From: Octopus sinensis
Lineage: Eukaryota
Reading direction: 5' to 3'
NCBI RefSeq assembly: GCF_006345805.1
Contig: NC_042998.1
Location: 203,174,001-203,238,000 of the forward strand
Length of the DNA stretch: 64,000 nucleotides
The notes below the pieces were generated by a model. It made no database searches, had not been told where the DNA came from, and saw only the letters and a list, made by a program, of their open reading frames with translations. Each line of letters starts with the position of its first letter. Position 1 is the first letter of the stretch. Shown one piece after another: positions 1 to 12,331 of this stretch. The translations under genes and the position numbers were made by a program.

Positions 1-79
1 ACTCGACCTCGGAGGGATTTGAACTCAAAACGTAGACAGACAAAATGTCGCTAAGCATTTTCGACGTGCTAAGGATTCT

Positions 80-310
80 TATTTCTTTATTGCCCACAAG
101 GGGCTAAACATAGAGGGGACAAACAAGGACAGACAAAGGGGTTAAGTCGATTACATCGACCCCAGTGTGTGACTCGTACTTAATTTATCGACCCCGAAAA
201 GATGAAAGGCAAAGTCGACCTCGGCGGAATTTGAACTCAGAAAGTAACGGCAGATGAAATACCGCTAAGCATTTCACCCGGCGTGCTAACGGCTCTGCCA
301 ACTCGCCGCC
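80..310 (-). mobile_element. tRNA-derived SINE family A, full monomer; abuts an older related copy at 1-79
   Basis: Minus strand reads ggcggcgagttggcagagccgttagcacgccggg...gagttcaaattccgccgaggtcgac (A and B boxes), ends gtgggcaataaagaaata; many near-identical copies in window. Confidence 0.9.
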
Positions 311-1433
311 TTATACACACATGCATATATACACACACACTGATACACACGTATGCACTCACTCACACGCGTGCGCTCACTTACTGTTAAAGCATTTGTA
401 AATCGGCTGCTGTTTGTAACCTCTTAAATACATCTCTTTCATTCGGTTGTCGGGGGGTACTCAGAACTACGACCCAAGGGCTGGATTTAGGCCAACCGAT
501 AACTTTCATCTGGATATTAAACATCCTCACTTTTATCCCAACCTATTTTAGGCATGTGAGCTATTACGGGGTCACTTGAATTAGCAGCAAAACCTCCAGT
601 AAACCACACCTTATCATAAAATAAAGAGAACATACTAAATAATGTATTTCGAATTGCACAATGTTTAATAAACTTGACGGAACGGTCACGGTTGGATTAC
701 ATCTGATCATAAGTCTTCTTATGACGGCTGATCCGTGATTAAACATCTGTTGTGAAATACTTCACTAATAAGTCTATATCTCACCTCCTCTTCGCCGCTT
801 TCCTTCATACGAATCACTTTAGATATTTTTCTTCGTTTCTGGAATCCCAATTCGACGTCGTCCGTTACAAACATGTAATTAAGGCGTTAAACATGGCCGA
901 CAATGTTAGACAGGCTTTGAAACTAAAATAACATGTTTACACAAGTCGTTAAAATTCCACAAATAATACAGACTTGTTTGCCGTGAGGAAGCGAGGTTTC
1001 ACCAAGAATCGTAGTGTCCAAATCGGCAAAGCTTACATATTCTCAATTCTTCAAACAACACACGAACATTTTTTACGAATTTTATTGTTTACCGTTTATT
1101 GTTTTTTTCTCTGATGCAGACGATAACTAATTTCAGTAAATTTTCTTTTTCTTTACAGAATCCATTGTTTTTTTCTTTTTCATTTTGTTCAGATGCCAGC
1201 TTCTGACTTAAAATATTACCTGAGATATAGTATTCGATAGAAGGCTAAAGTTTTTATGAAATAATATTTTGTTTATAAATTTTATACTTTCAAAGTTTTT
1301 AGTGGTGTGTCAGTTACAAAGAAAATAATTTGAACTGTTCAAAATATACAAATCAACAAATAGTAACGATAAAAGATTTTAAGTGAAATAAAATTTTAAC
1401 TTACATATAAATAATACCTTAATACAAATATTG

Positions 1434-1632
1434 GTTTCGCATTTTAGCACAAGGACAGGAGTTTTGAGGGGAGGCGGGGAGGTCGATTCCAGGGCTCAAC
1501 TGGTATCTATTTTATCAACCTCGAAAGGATGCAAGGCAAAGTCAACCTCGGCAAAATCTGATCTCAGAATATAAAGACGGATGAAATGCTGCTAACCATT
1601 TTGTCCGGCCTGCTAACGATTCTGCCAGCTCG
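1434..1632 (-). mobile_element. SINE family A-prime (same head, different tail), diverged
   Basis: Head and body match family A; tail of the ...ccccc-aaaa...cttgtgc type. Confidence 0.75.
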
Positions 1633-2205
1633 GTTAAAGAATAATTTGAACAAAAGGTAAATAATGATGAAACTAAACAATAATATAGGGGATATATTTC
1701 ATAATTCCATAGTTTGAAGAACTTCCTTCCGTGGGCGAAAAGATAATAATTTGTAGAATGCACACAGCACAGTGAGAATCGAAACAATAACGTTTCTATT
1801 CATTTGAAACACGTTCTGTGAATTTCTGATCGCTGTTGGTTTTCGCCACCGGAGGACGACTCCTTTCTTAATACAAAAGAACGGATACGTTATTGTTTGG
1901 ATTTCTCACTGCTCTGTTTGTACCCCATAAATTATTATCTGTTTGACAGACATCAACATGCATCAGAAGATAGTATGTCCGTTGATTTCTATAAACAAGG
2001 GATCGTGTCCGTGTCAGATTCATTATTCTAGCAATGTGGTAGCGTACGCGAGGAGACACATAACGAGGTCGAAACATCATGACGTCTCAAAGTCCTTTAC
2101 ACCGAGGAACCAGTGAATCCTGTGTGCTATGAATACACATCACCCAAAGAGAGGAGCCATTCTCTGGCGATCAGATATCCACGTTCGAATCTGCTAAAAC
2201 ATACT

Positions 2206-2428
2206 AGCTGGCAGAACTGTTAGCACGCTGGGCGAAATGCTTATTCGGTATTTCGTCCTTCTTTATGTTCTGAGTTCAAATTCCGCTGAGGTCGACTTTA
2301 CATTTCATCCTTTCGGGGTCGATTAAATAAGTACCAGTTACGCACTGGGGTCGAGGTAATCGACTAAATCCCTCTGTCTGTCCTTTGTCCCCTCTTGGTT
2401 TAGCCCCCTGTGGGCAATAAAGAAATAA
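2206..2428 (+). mobile_element. SINE family A monomer
   Basis: gagttcaaattccgctgaggtcgac B box; ends gtgggcaataaagaaataag. Confidence 0.9.
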
Positions 2429-2671
2429 GATAATGTACTTCTGGAGTTACTTTCTAAACACAGTTTCGGAGCTTCCAAATTCGGTTACCATGACAACAAC
2501 ACTGTGGCACACACAGCTAAAATGTTGTTCAAATGTTAGCGTAATGGGATACAGCATCTGATCACCAACAGTTTTACGTTTCCTGTAACTAACATAACCC
2601 ATGGGGTCTCTCCAGGGTCACTGCTTGAATCACTTCTATTTGTATTGATGTTCCACAAAAGCGTTATGCAT

Positions 2672-3089
2672 AGGCGCAGGAGTGGCTGCGTGGTAAGTAG
2701 CTTGCTTGCCAACCACATGGTTCTGGGTTCATTCCCGCTGCGTAGCATCTTGGGCAAGTGGCTTCTACTATAGCCTCGGGCCGACAAAAGCCTTGTGAGT
2801 GGATTTGGTAGATGGAAACTGAAAGAAGCCCGTCGTATATATGTATATATATATGTGTGTGTGTGTATATGTTTCTGTGTCTGTGTTTGTCCCCCCAACA
2901 TCGTTTGACAACCGATTTTGGTGTGTTTACGTCAGCGTAACTTAGCTGTTCGGCAAAAGAGAACAATAGAATAAGTGCTAGGCTTACAAAGAATAAGTTC
3001 TGGGGTCGATTTGCTCGACTAAAGGCGGTGCTCCAGCATGGCTGTAGTCAAATGACTGAAACAAGTAAAAAGAGTAAAGAGTAAAGAGT
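2672..3089 (+). mobile_element. tRNA-derived SINE family B, full length, internal (TA)n(TG)n tract
   Basis: A box tggctgcgtgg, B box ggttcattccc, body ttgggcaagtg...gaaactgaaagaagcccgtcg, microsatellite, tail ...cagtcaaatgactgaaacaagtaaaaagag. Confidence 0.92.
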
Positions 3090-3325
3090 AAATCATCACA
3101 AACTTATCTCTTGACTATTCTGAAGATACAACTGCTATCGTTTCTAGAGAGTTTTATAATATTCCATCTATTAAATATATTAACACTAACTTAACTATTG
3201 TTTTTTATGGTGATAGCGTCTCTAAGTTAGTTCTTTTATCAGTAATATTATTTCCAATAAGTGTATGCTATTGTTTATTTATTTAGTAATTCTATTGCAA
3301 CAAGTTCACAATTCGAAGAGATGGG

Positions 3326-3367
3326 CTTCGCTGATGTAGTCTTGATGAGGCCGAAACATGTTCAAAG
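3326..3367 (+). ncRNA. Decayed type-I hammerhead ribozyme motif
   Basis: cttcg CTGATGt a gtctt gat gaggc c GAAA catgt t caaag: stems I and II partly retained, palindromic stem III ACAUGU; A9 mutated. Confidence 0.45.
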
Positions 3368-3520
3368 TTGTCTTCTGTAGTTGCCGAAATAATTAAAGAA
3401 ATATTAATTATTGACTAATATTGCTATTTCTCGCCACCACATAATTATTTTTAACATTCCATATATCAAATATTATATCAAAATTAACTATCTAATTCTC
3501 TTTCTCTTTCCTACCCTTCA

Positions 3521-3564
<44 letters not shown>

Positions 3565-3602
3565 AGGGAGAGGGAGAGAAATAAAAGAGATAAAGACTAC
3601 GT

Positions 3603-3817
3603 ATTTATTTCTTTATTGCCCACAGGGGGCTAAGCATAGAAGGAGATTAAGTCGATTACATCGACCCTAGTAATTAACTGATACTTCTATAATCAACCCC
3701 GAAAAGATGAAAGGCAAAGTTGACCTCGGCGGAATTTGAACTCAGAACGTAACGGCAGATGAAATACCACTAAGCGTTTCGCCCGGCGTGCTTAACGTTT
3801 CTGCCAGATCGCCGCCT
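3603..3817 (-). mobile_element. SINE family A monomer
   Basis: Match to family A along its whole length. Confidence 0.9.
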
Positions 3818-3870
3818 CAAAAGACATAACAACCACGTATTACAAATATAATTGTTTATATCTATATATA

Positions 3871-4192
3871 TCACGTGACCGACCAGACCATAAGATGTTG
3901 CTACACAATGCGTTCACAATGCGTTCGCATTGGTCACAATGCGTTCGCATTGTTTTAGCCTTCGAATGACGCCACCCCGCTGGCTAAGCGAGCAGGCCAA
4001 CAGAAGAAAGAGTGGGAGAAAGTTGTGGTGAAAGAGTACAGCAGGGATCACCACCATCCCCTGCCGGAGCTTCGTGGAGCTTTATTTAGGTGTTTTCGCT
4101 CAATAAACACTCGCAACACCCGGTCTGGGAATCGAAACCGCGATCCTACGACCGCGAGTCCGCTGCCCTAACCACTAGGCCATTGCGCCTCC
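3871..4192 (-). mobile_element. tRNA-derived SINE, head C with tail X
   Basis: Minus strand ggaggcgcaatggcctagtggttagggcagcggactcgcgg...gtttcgattccc (A and B boxes); tail ends ggtctggtcggtcacgtga and holds a small internal duplication of cacaatgcgttcgcattg. Confidence 0.88.
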
Positions 4193-5002
4193 ACATATCT
4201 ATATTTATACATCTGTATATATAAGTGTGTGTGTCTGTGTCTCTATCTCTCTCTATATATATGTGTGTGTGTGTATGGAGAAAGAGAAATGAAGGTATGT
4301 ATGTTGTAAACCACAACACCAACCACGTTACGCGACTATTTTTCCAAAGAGACATGAAAAAATATGTTCCTAATTTTAAAAAAAATATCTGTACATTTTT
4401 TTCAAATTACATTTTGTATGTATAACCATTGCCATTTTGTTTGTGTGTAGGAGAGCGCCCGAGATTAAATTTATGATTAACGAATGTTATCCATTCATAT
4501 TGTTTATTTTATTCACCTCGTAACACTATAACTATGCTGTGTCTGTGTTTCCGCCATGTTTGTACTATCTGGAGGATGACGCGAGGAATACCAACCATTG
4601 TCTAAATATGGACGACTTAATTCTTTAAAATTTTAACACCGAAAGGTAAGTTTCTTATTTCGATTCACATACGTTTGTCAATTTAGTCGATTGAAACCGC
4701 GTTCATTTGTTTTATTTCTACGCAAATATTTAAAAGAATGCTTCCGAAAGTAATTCAATGCAATATTAATCCCTGCTCTCCAAGTCCCGGTTTCAAATTC
4801 TGCCGAAGAAACACCTGTGATATCAAGTTATTACCTATATCTCAAAACAGCAACAACTTAAATACCTGTAATGTTGAAAGCTACAATTTTACTTGTTTTT
4901 CGATGCATCACAAATCTGCCGTTGCATGGATTCCACAAACGTCAAATATAAAATTAAGTCGACCAAACATATTCGATTGGGACAAAATTAACGCAAGCAA
5001 TT

Positions 5003-5288
5003 CTGTTGTTGCTTGTTCCTTCTGGAGCCATGCCTGGCTCATAAGAGCCGGTTTCCCGGTTTCATTGGCGTATAGATTCCCCACCTGGATGGGACACTGG
5101 TCCGTCGCAGGTGAGCTACAAAATGCAGGAGGAAAGAGTGAGAGAAAGTTGTGGCGAAAGAGTCAGCAGAAGTTTGCCGTTACCTTCTGTTTGAGCCGTG
5201 TGGAGCTTAGGTGTTTCGCTCATAAACATACACATCGCCTGGTCTGAGATTCGAAACCGTTGCTCTAACCACTAGGCCAAGTGCCTCC
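5003..5288 (-). mobile_element. SINE, head C with Nin/Deu-like tail
   Basis: Head as 3871-4192; tail cctgcgacggaccagtgtcccatccagg...gaaaccgggaaaccggctcttatgagcc resembles the recalled Nin/Deu-domain SINE tail. Confidence 0.75.
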
Positions 5289-5495
5289 ACAAAAGCAATT
5301 ATCCACTAACTAAATGTTTTTCTCGGGTATTAAATAGATGACAAGACTTCCTTTATATTTATATATATTAGAAGAAATGAGGTACTCAGAAATCCGGATG
5401 GTTTTATATTTACAGATATTTATTAGTATGTTACATGTTTTTATAAATCATATACATCAGCGCTTTCGTCCATTCTATTATATAGTATATATATA

Positions 5496-5559
<64 letters not shown>

Positions 5560-6099
5560 GTGGTACATGTGCTTATAGTGATGAATTATATGGTTATTGA
5601 CGATTTTGTCATATTTCGGCATTAGAATTTTTTTCTTTTGCCCTTGTTTATAAGTTGTTTATAAATTTAACCTTTAAAGGTATTAATTATATGCTGGCCA
5701 TTGATAGAATTTTCTTCGAAAAATTTTATCCTATATATATATATATATACATATACATATACATATATATATATATATATATATATGTTGTATTCCAACA
5801 GATCATAATGTAATCCTTGTATTGCCCTTTTCATGCTGTGATGGTTTTCCACCAGAAGTATTTCGCAATGCAAGATGATGTATTGTGGTTTAAATTGGAT
5901 GCGAAATGAGGCAACTGTAATTGAAGATGTTAATTAATTTGTATCCATTGGATCTTTCCGTTTTCAAACTTATCATGAAATAACAAATGCTATTTCATAA
6001 TATATTCATAGAAGAAATATCTCTTCAAAATACAATATATTAAATTTATAAAAATATTCCTAGAAGAGGTCTAAATATCTTCATAGTCAATGTTTGTGT

Positions 6100-6265
6100 T
6101 TGTATGTGTGACGAGCTTCTTTCAGTTTCTGCCTACCAGATCAACTCACAAGGCTTTGGTCGGCCCGAGGCAACAGCAGAAGACACTTGCCCAAGATGCC
6201 ACGCTGTGGAACTAAACCCGAAACCATGTCATTGAGAATCTAACTTCTTACCACGCAACAAAGTC
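6100..6265 (-). mobile_element. SINE family B, 5' half
   Basis: gagcttctttcagtttc...aagacacttgcccaagatgccacgc. Confidence 0.8.
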
Positions 6266-6284
6266 TGCGACTCTCTCTCTCTCT

Positions 6285-6330
<46 letters not shown>

Positions 6331-6719
6331 TCACACATAGACGCTCTCTGCATAAACATAGATAGGAAGATGTCTGTGAAGAGAGCGCTCCCTGGGTAAT
6401 GAGAGAGATTGTAAAACAGAACATAAAAAATTAAACGAAAAAAAAAAAAGACTCTTCCTCAAAAAATGGATTTAAAAGAAGAGTAAAAAAGAAAAGAGAT
6501 CAGCGATAGTAAGAGGAGTGGGAGGAGGGTGGATTATAAAGAAGTAGAGATTAATGTCTGGAGTTGTAGGTTTAAAGAAATCCGTCTTTGAATTTGTTTT
6601 GTTTTAATAGAGTTTCAATGAAATAACTCTTGTCTTGAATAAACACTCAGACAGGAATGGAGTTTTGAAGAATTTCACAGAGGAAACGGCTTTTTCGTGA
6701 TAGGATCACTAGTGCGGTG

Positions 6720-7140
6720 GAGTGTGTGTGTGCATGTATGTGTGTGTATATATGTATGTATGTATGTATATGTGTATAAATGTGTGTGTATATATGTGTG
6801 TGTGTATATATATATATATGTGTGTGTGTGTGTATGTATGTATATGTGTTTATGTATGTATCTGTGTGTGTGTATATGTGTGTGTATATATATATATATA
6901 TGTATTTGTGTTTATGTATGTATGTGTGTATATGTGTAGATATGTGTGTGTGTGTTCGTGTACGTGTATATGTGTGTGTGTGTGTACGTGTATATGTGTA
7001 TATGCATGTGTGTGTGTGTGCGTATATGTATGTGTGTGTATATGTGTATATGTGTGTGCGTATATGTGTATATGTGTGTGTGTATATATGTATGTGTATA
7101 TGTATGCATGTATGTATACATGACTATATAAATGTGTGCG
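6720..7140. repeat. Compound (TG)n/(TA)n microsatellite
   Basis: About 420 bp of alternating purine-pyrimidine repeats; source of the spurious VC/YI ORFs. Confidence 0.97.
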
Positions 7141-7573
7141 TTTGTGTGAATGTACGCACGTTTGTATACGCATAGATTTTTATGTCAGTTCATTGATACA
7201 AATACGCATGCGTACTGAGTCACATATTTGGTAAAACAAACCAGAGAAACAAAATACAGGGCAGGAATACGGATGCTTTTGGGGTTTTTTTACCTTTTAA
7301 CTTTCTGCCGATCAAATAAAACACACACACGCACACACACACACATACTCATACTCTCTCTCTCTCACACACACACACACACTCACACATACACAAAATG
7401 TATATGCATGCGCTCATATAGTTTTTTCCCCCCCTTTTTCGTTATATTCCGACGCACAGTAACCACCATAGCATAACGACCTCCTCAGACAAAGTACCAG
7501 TGAAATACTGGGCACCATGTAATCCATCTAAAATATGCCGTTTCATGTGTGTTAAATATTAATATTTAACCAA

Positions 7574-7850
7574 AGGCGGTGAGCTGGCAGAAACATGAGC
7601 ACGCCCGGCGAAATGCTTAGCAGTATTTCGGCTGCCGTTACGTTCTGAGTTCAAATTCCGCCGAGGTCGACTTTGCCTTTCATCCTTTCGGGGTCGATTA
7701 AATAAGTACCAGTTACGCACTGGGGTCAATATAATCGACTTAATACGTTTGTCTATTCTTGTTTGTCCTCTCTGTGATTAGCCCCTTGTGGGTAGTAAAG
7801 AAATAGGTATTTCGTTCAAATTGGGTTCAAATTGCACCGATGTAGATTCT
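7574..7850 (+). mobile_element. SINE family A with dimer junction
   Basis: Full A monomer followed by gggtagtaaagaaata|ggtatttcg and a degraded second unit. Confidence 0.85.
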
Positions 7851-8013
7851 CTCAATGAGACGATCACGCATTACACACCTTTGTTCCAAGCATTGCTGTG
7901 AACAGCGGAAATGAGGGAGAACGTTAAAAGTTAGTGTACCAAGCAGTTTCATTATTCTCTGCTTCATCTTCATTACTATAACAACAGTCCAGATATTTAT
8001 TGATCAGACCATA

Positions 8014-8049
<36 letters not shown>

Positions 8050-8364
8050 CTCCAAGAAAGTTAGGGGTTGTGGGTCCAACCCACTAAGGGATAATATCTA
8101 TCCAATATACTATTGGTAGAATACCCAATTATTAATATACAAGTGTTTTTTATTGCATTGCAATTACATTTCCAAGTGTAATAAATGGGTGAAGATAAAG
8201 AGATATTTTACCATTAATCTATATAGCAAATAAGAAAATGGAAGAGAACAATAGTTGGTTCATCAGCTTTAGGACATTAAAATGTTAACTTATTTATTTA
8301 TTATAATGATAATTATCATTTTAATAAATTAATAAGTTAACATTTTAATTGATAGAAATTGATA

Positions 8365-8530
8365 GAAAAACAAAAGACGAAGACAGGTGTATGAACGACA
8401 AGCAGGTGTATTAGTTTGACGCTCTGGAAAAATGAAAGTCTTTTACGTTTCGAGCCGATGCTCTTCAACAGAAAGGAATAAGGGGAAATAGAGAGAGAAT
8501 GAAAAACAATGTGTAGAGTTCAGCGGTCCA
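8365..8530 (-). mobile_element. Short hammerhead-bearing element (PLE pseudo-LTR-like)
   Basis: Homologous to 10135-10285; minus strand 8437-8476 reads cuuu CUGUUGA a gagc aucg gcuc GAAA c GUA aaag. Confidence 0.65.
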
Positions 8531-8813
8531 TGGGCTCAATATGATAAGGTCGTCAGTTTGATACCTGACGGCTTATTGTGTCCTTAAGCAAGACCCTTTA
8601 TTTCACGTTCTTCCATTCCATTCAGCTGGCAAAAATGGCTTGTAGCTGTAATTCAAAGGGGCCAAACCTTGTGACACTGGATCTCCCCTGAGAGCCACGT
8701 TAAGGGCACACGTGTCTGTGGAGTACTCAGCCACTTACACGTTAATTTCACGAGCAAGCTCTTACGTTGATCGGATCAACTGGAATAGTCATCGTCGTAG
8801 CCGACGGAGTGCC
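8531..8813 (+). mobile_element. SINE family D
   Basis: Tail gttaagggcacacgtgtctgtggagtactcagccacttacacgttaatttcacgagc...cgtcgtagccgacggagtgcc shared with 44060, 52908, 53955 and 58326. Confidence 0.82.
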
Positions 8814-10134
8814 AGTGTAATATATCTCTTACACATTATATCAGATTATTGTATTTATATAATTTATGTATTACATTTATAAATTATATACAATACATAC
8901 ATACACACACACACACACTCATATATATATATATATATATTAGATAGATAGATAGATAGATATAAAATACGCAGATAAGCAGTGAAATTCGTCCTATTAC
9001 TCTGAGAAAAATTATAAAGCTAATTTCTCTCGTTTCATTAGGAAACACAATCAGAAGTACCACCACGACCACCATCACCTAATGTTACGATCAATCGTTA
9101 CATACGTCTTGCACGATTCAAAACTTCTTTACGAAGAAGGACATTTAATTATTGCAGCAATTAAACGTTGTTCGTGCTGTATGGATGTTGAGTAAGGGCG
9201 CCATCTAGCGTCGGAGCTTTCACAGACGTTGTCTCAATTGAATTTCATTTGCTTATTAATTAACTCTCTTAACTAGCTTCTCGGAGTAACCTGAACAACG
9301 TTGCATGCTTCTTGACTGATATCAAAACCGAACGACTTAACATTGCAGCAACAGGTACACACACACACACACATAGATGAGAGAAATTTTAATGAAGCTT
9401 GGCTTTTAAAGACCGACTTTCTGTTTTCTTTTATTTATTTACTTTGGATTTTGGTATTTTTGCGGTGGGGTGGAATGGCTAGTTAACTGGCACCTCACGA
9501 GAACTACTTTGGTAAATTGCCAATAGAGTTTGATGTAAACTATAGAATATTTCTTGATCATCTAAGAATGGCAGAATCGGTAGAGCGCCAGGGAAAAATT
9601 GTCTTGTAGAATTTTGTCCGTTTCTTTATGTTCTAAGCTCAAATTCTCTCGAGGTCGACCCCAGTTTATGGGCGCATGCTTAGAGTAGCTCCATTCACTC
9701 TGGCCATTTCCTCCCATAGACACCGGAGGGGAACCCTTCTCCAATATCGTTATTCTTTCCTAGTGGAACTTATAAAAGTGGATGAGGGCGCTATTGAAGA
9801 GGAAAGTGCCCGTCCTCGGCTGAATGGAGTCCGTTGCATATACATAAAAGTATATATGTATGTATGTATGTATGTGTTTGTCCCTCTCCCACCGCTTGAC
9901 AACTGGTATTGGTGTATTTACATAGCGGTTCGGCAAAATGCCCGACAGAATAAGTACCAGGCTTAAAAGAAGACCTGGGGTCAATTCGTTCGAGTAAAAC
10001 ATTTCAAGGTGGTTCTCCAGCATGGCTGCAGCCAAAAGGCTTGACAAATAAAAAATAAAACACACATACAGATATATATATATATATCCTGTGTCACCCT
10101 TTTGTCCGGCAGTCGCCATGATAGATCGGTAGCC

Positions 10135-10285
10135 ACTACACAATTTTCTCTCCTTATTTCTTTCTGTGTCCATTTCTGTAGAAGAGCGTAGGCTCGAAAC
10201 GTAAAAGACTTTTTCAATTCCCGAGCGTTATACTAATACATCTGTTTGTTTTTTACACCACCTGTCTACGTCTTTTGCTTTTTTC
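10135..10285 (+). mobile_element. Short hammerhead-bearing element (PLE pseudo-LTR-like)
   Basis: 10173-10207 reads uuu CUGUAGA a gagc guag gcuc GAAA c GUA aaag; flanks homologous to 8365-8530. Confidence 0.65.
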
Positions 10286-10469
10286 GTGAATTCTCTCCCC
10301 CCCCCACTATATATGTGTATATATATATATATATACATACAGAGAGAGAGCCCGATATTTTGTTTTATATATTTTCTTTCTTTGTGGTGTGTTGTTGGAA
10401 TGGTGAGTGAACTGTCACCTCCAGATTAAAATACCTCCGTCTTTAGACTGCACTCATTCCGGGGTCCCG

Positions 10470-10940
10470 CCTTGAAGAATTTTCAGTCGAAGGAATCGAC
10501 TGCAGGACTTATTTTAAAGCCCGGTACTAATTCTATGCCTTTTGCCGAACCGCCAGGTTACGGGGATATAAGCACATCAACTCCCGTTCTCAAGCGGTGG
10601 TGGGGGACAGACGTAAAGACTCGCGCTCACACACACACACAAACACACACACACACACAGACACACACAAGACGCACACAAACACACACACAAACAGGCA
10701 CACACAAACAGGCACACACAAACAGGCACACACAAACAGACACACACACAAACAGACACACACACAAACAGACAAACAGACACACACACAAACAGACAGA
10801 CAGACACACACACAAACAGACAGACAGACACACACACAAACAGACACACACACACACACAAACACACTTACCTCCACTCACAAGACTAAAATATCAGCCT
10901 AAGATGCCATGCAGTGGGATTGAACCTTTGCTCCATGTGG
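10470..10940 (-). mobile_element. Diverged SINE family B with internal microsatellite expanded to about 240 bp
   Basis: B 3' half at 10470-10615, compound CA/CAAA/CAGA/CAGG repeat at 10625-10865, degenerate 5' half after it. Confidence 0.7.
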
Positions 10941-11834
10941 TTGGGCTTCATTTCTTTCTTTTTCTTTTTCCTTGCTTTTCTTTATCCTTTTTCTCCTTTC
11001 TCCTTTCTTTTCTCTTCGTTTTTCTCGTTCTTTCCTTCCACTTTTCCTTTTTCCTTTTTTTTTTTAATTATTATTTTATTCTAAGCAATTGTATTTCCCA
11101 ATTTTCTTTCAATTTCTCGAGAATTCTGTGAGAATATCTTGAGGGTAGACTCTCTCTGCCTCTATTAACCCTTAATTAAATGTAACAAGACCCTGCTACA
11201 GCAGCGATAGGTTTGTGTGCGTACAAGCAATCCGTTGCTTGTGTTTTTCTCTCATTCAGGGCGAAGACGAGGGGAGGTTGAAGCAGAGATGAGTGGGCGG
11301 AACTGTCAGAGCGAGCAATTAAGGGTCTGATCCCTCCCCGACACCCGACACCACCACCATTCCCACAAGCACAACACCACCCTGCCATATCACTCCAATG
11401 ATGCCCACCCACCCCTACACATACACTCCACCAATTCACGCTCGAGCTTTAAATGACACTACTACTATTACCACTGCCACCACTACTACTGATAATAATG
11501 ATAATATTAATAATAATAGTTGATAATAATAATGATAATCTTCCGCAATCCTCCCCTTGACTCCTTAACCCCTAAAACAACCAGCCATTCTACACCCTCC
11601 CGCTAACAAAGGTTAACTCTTCGACCAACCCACCCACACACATACACACACACACTTGCTACTTCTTCGTCCTCCCCTCTATCCACACCCTCCTCTCATA
11701 AACTTCACCCCTTGCGTCACTCCCTATCCTATCCCACCGCTCTTTGAGTTCCTCACACTTTCCGACGTTTGACTGGTTCTTTTCCAGTTATTACGTCGCG
11801 ACCCTCGTCGTCCTTGGGGCAAGGAAAGGAAAAG

Positions 11835-12250
11835 GGGAACTGGCGGAATCGTCAGAGCGTCGGAAAAATATTTTACGTTTTGAGTTCAAATTCCGCTAAG
11901 ATCGATGAAAGGCATTCATCCTTTCGGGGTCAATAAGTACCAGTTGAATACTGGGGTCGATATAATCGATTTACCTTCCCCCAACGCCACCGAAAAGAAA
12001 ATACAGGGCCTTGTGCTAAAACTTTGAAACCATCAGTATGAAGGCGGCGAGCTGGCAGACTCGTTAGCACTCCAGGCAAAATGCTTGGTGGCATTTCGTA
12101 TGTTTTTACGTTCTGAGTTCAAATTCCGCCGAGGTCGTCTTTGCCTTTTATCCTTTCAGGTCGAAAAGTTAAGTACCACTTGGGTATTGGAGTCGATGGA
12201 ATTGACTTAAAAACTTCATCGAATTTTCTAGTTTTGTGCCAAAAATTGAA
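11835..12250 (+). mobile_element. Two tandem SINE A-prime copies
   Basis: Two successive head + gagttcaaattccgc + tail units starting near 11835 and 12040. Confidence 0.8.
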
Positions 12251-12331
12251 ACCATTATTATTATTATTATTATTATCATCATCATCATCATCATCATCGT
12301 CGTCGTCGTCGTCGTCATCGTCATTATTATT

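Noticed and set aside
1868-2080. ORF faintly like a LINE C-terminus
   Set aside because: No diagnostic motif.
4738-5247. 169-aa ORF
   Set aside because: Second half is the antisense strand of a SINE; no recognisable domain.
6697-7175. Overlapping VC/YI/HT-rich ORFs, also at 10.6, 26.7, 45.4, 52.6 and 56.3 kb
   Set aside because: Dinucleotide microsatellites.
11759-11800. Half hammerhead on the minus strand (ACUGG/CCAGU stem, CAAAACGUC)
   Set aside because: CUGANGA core and stem I are not recognisable.
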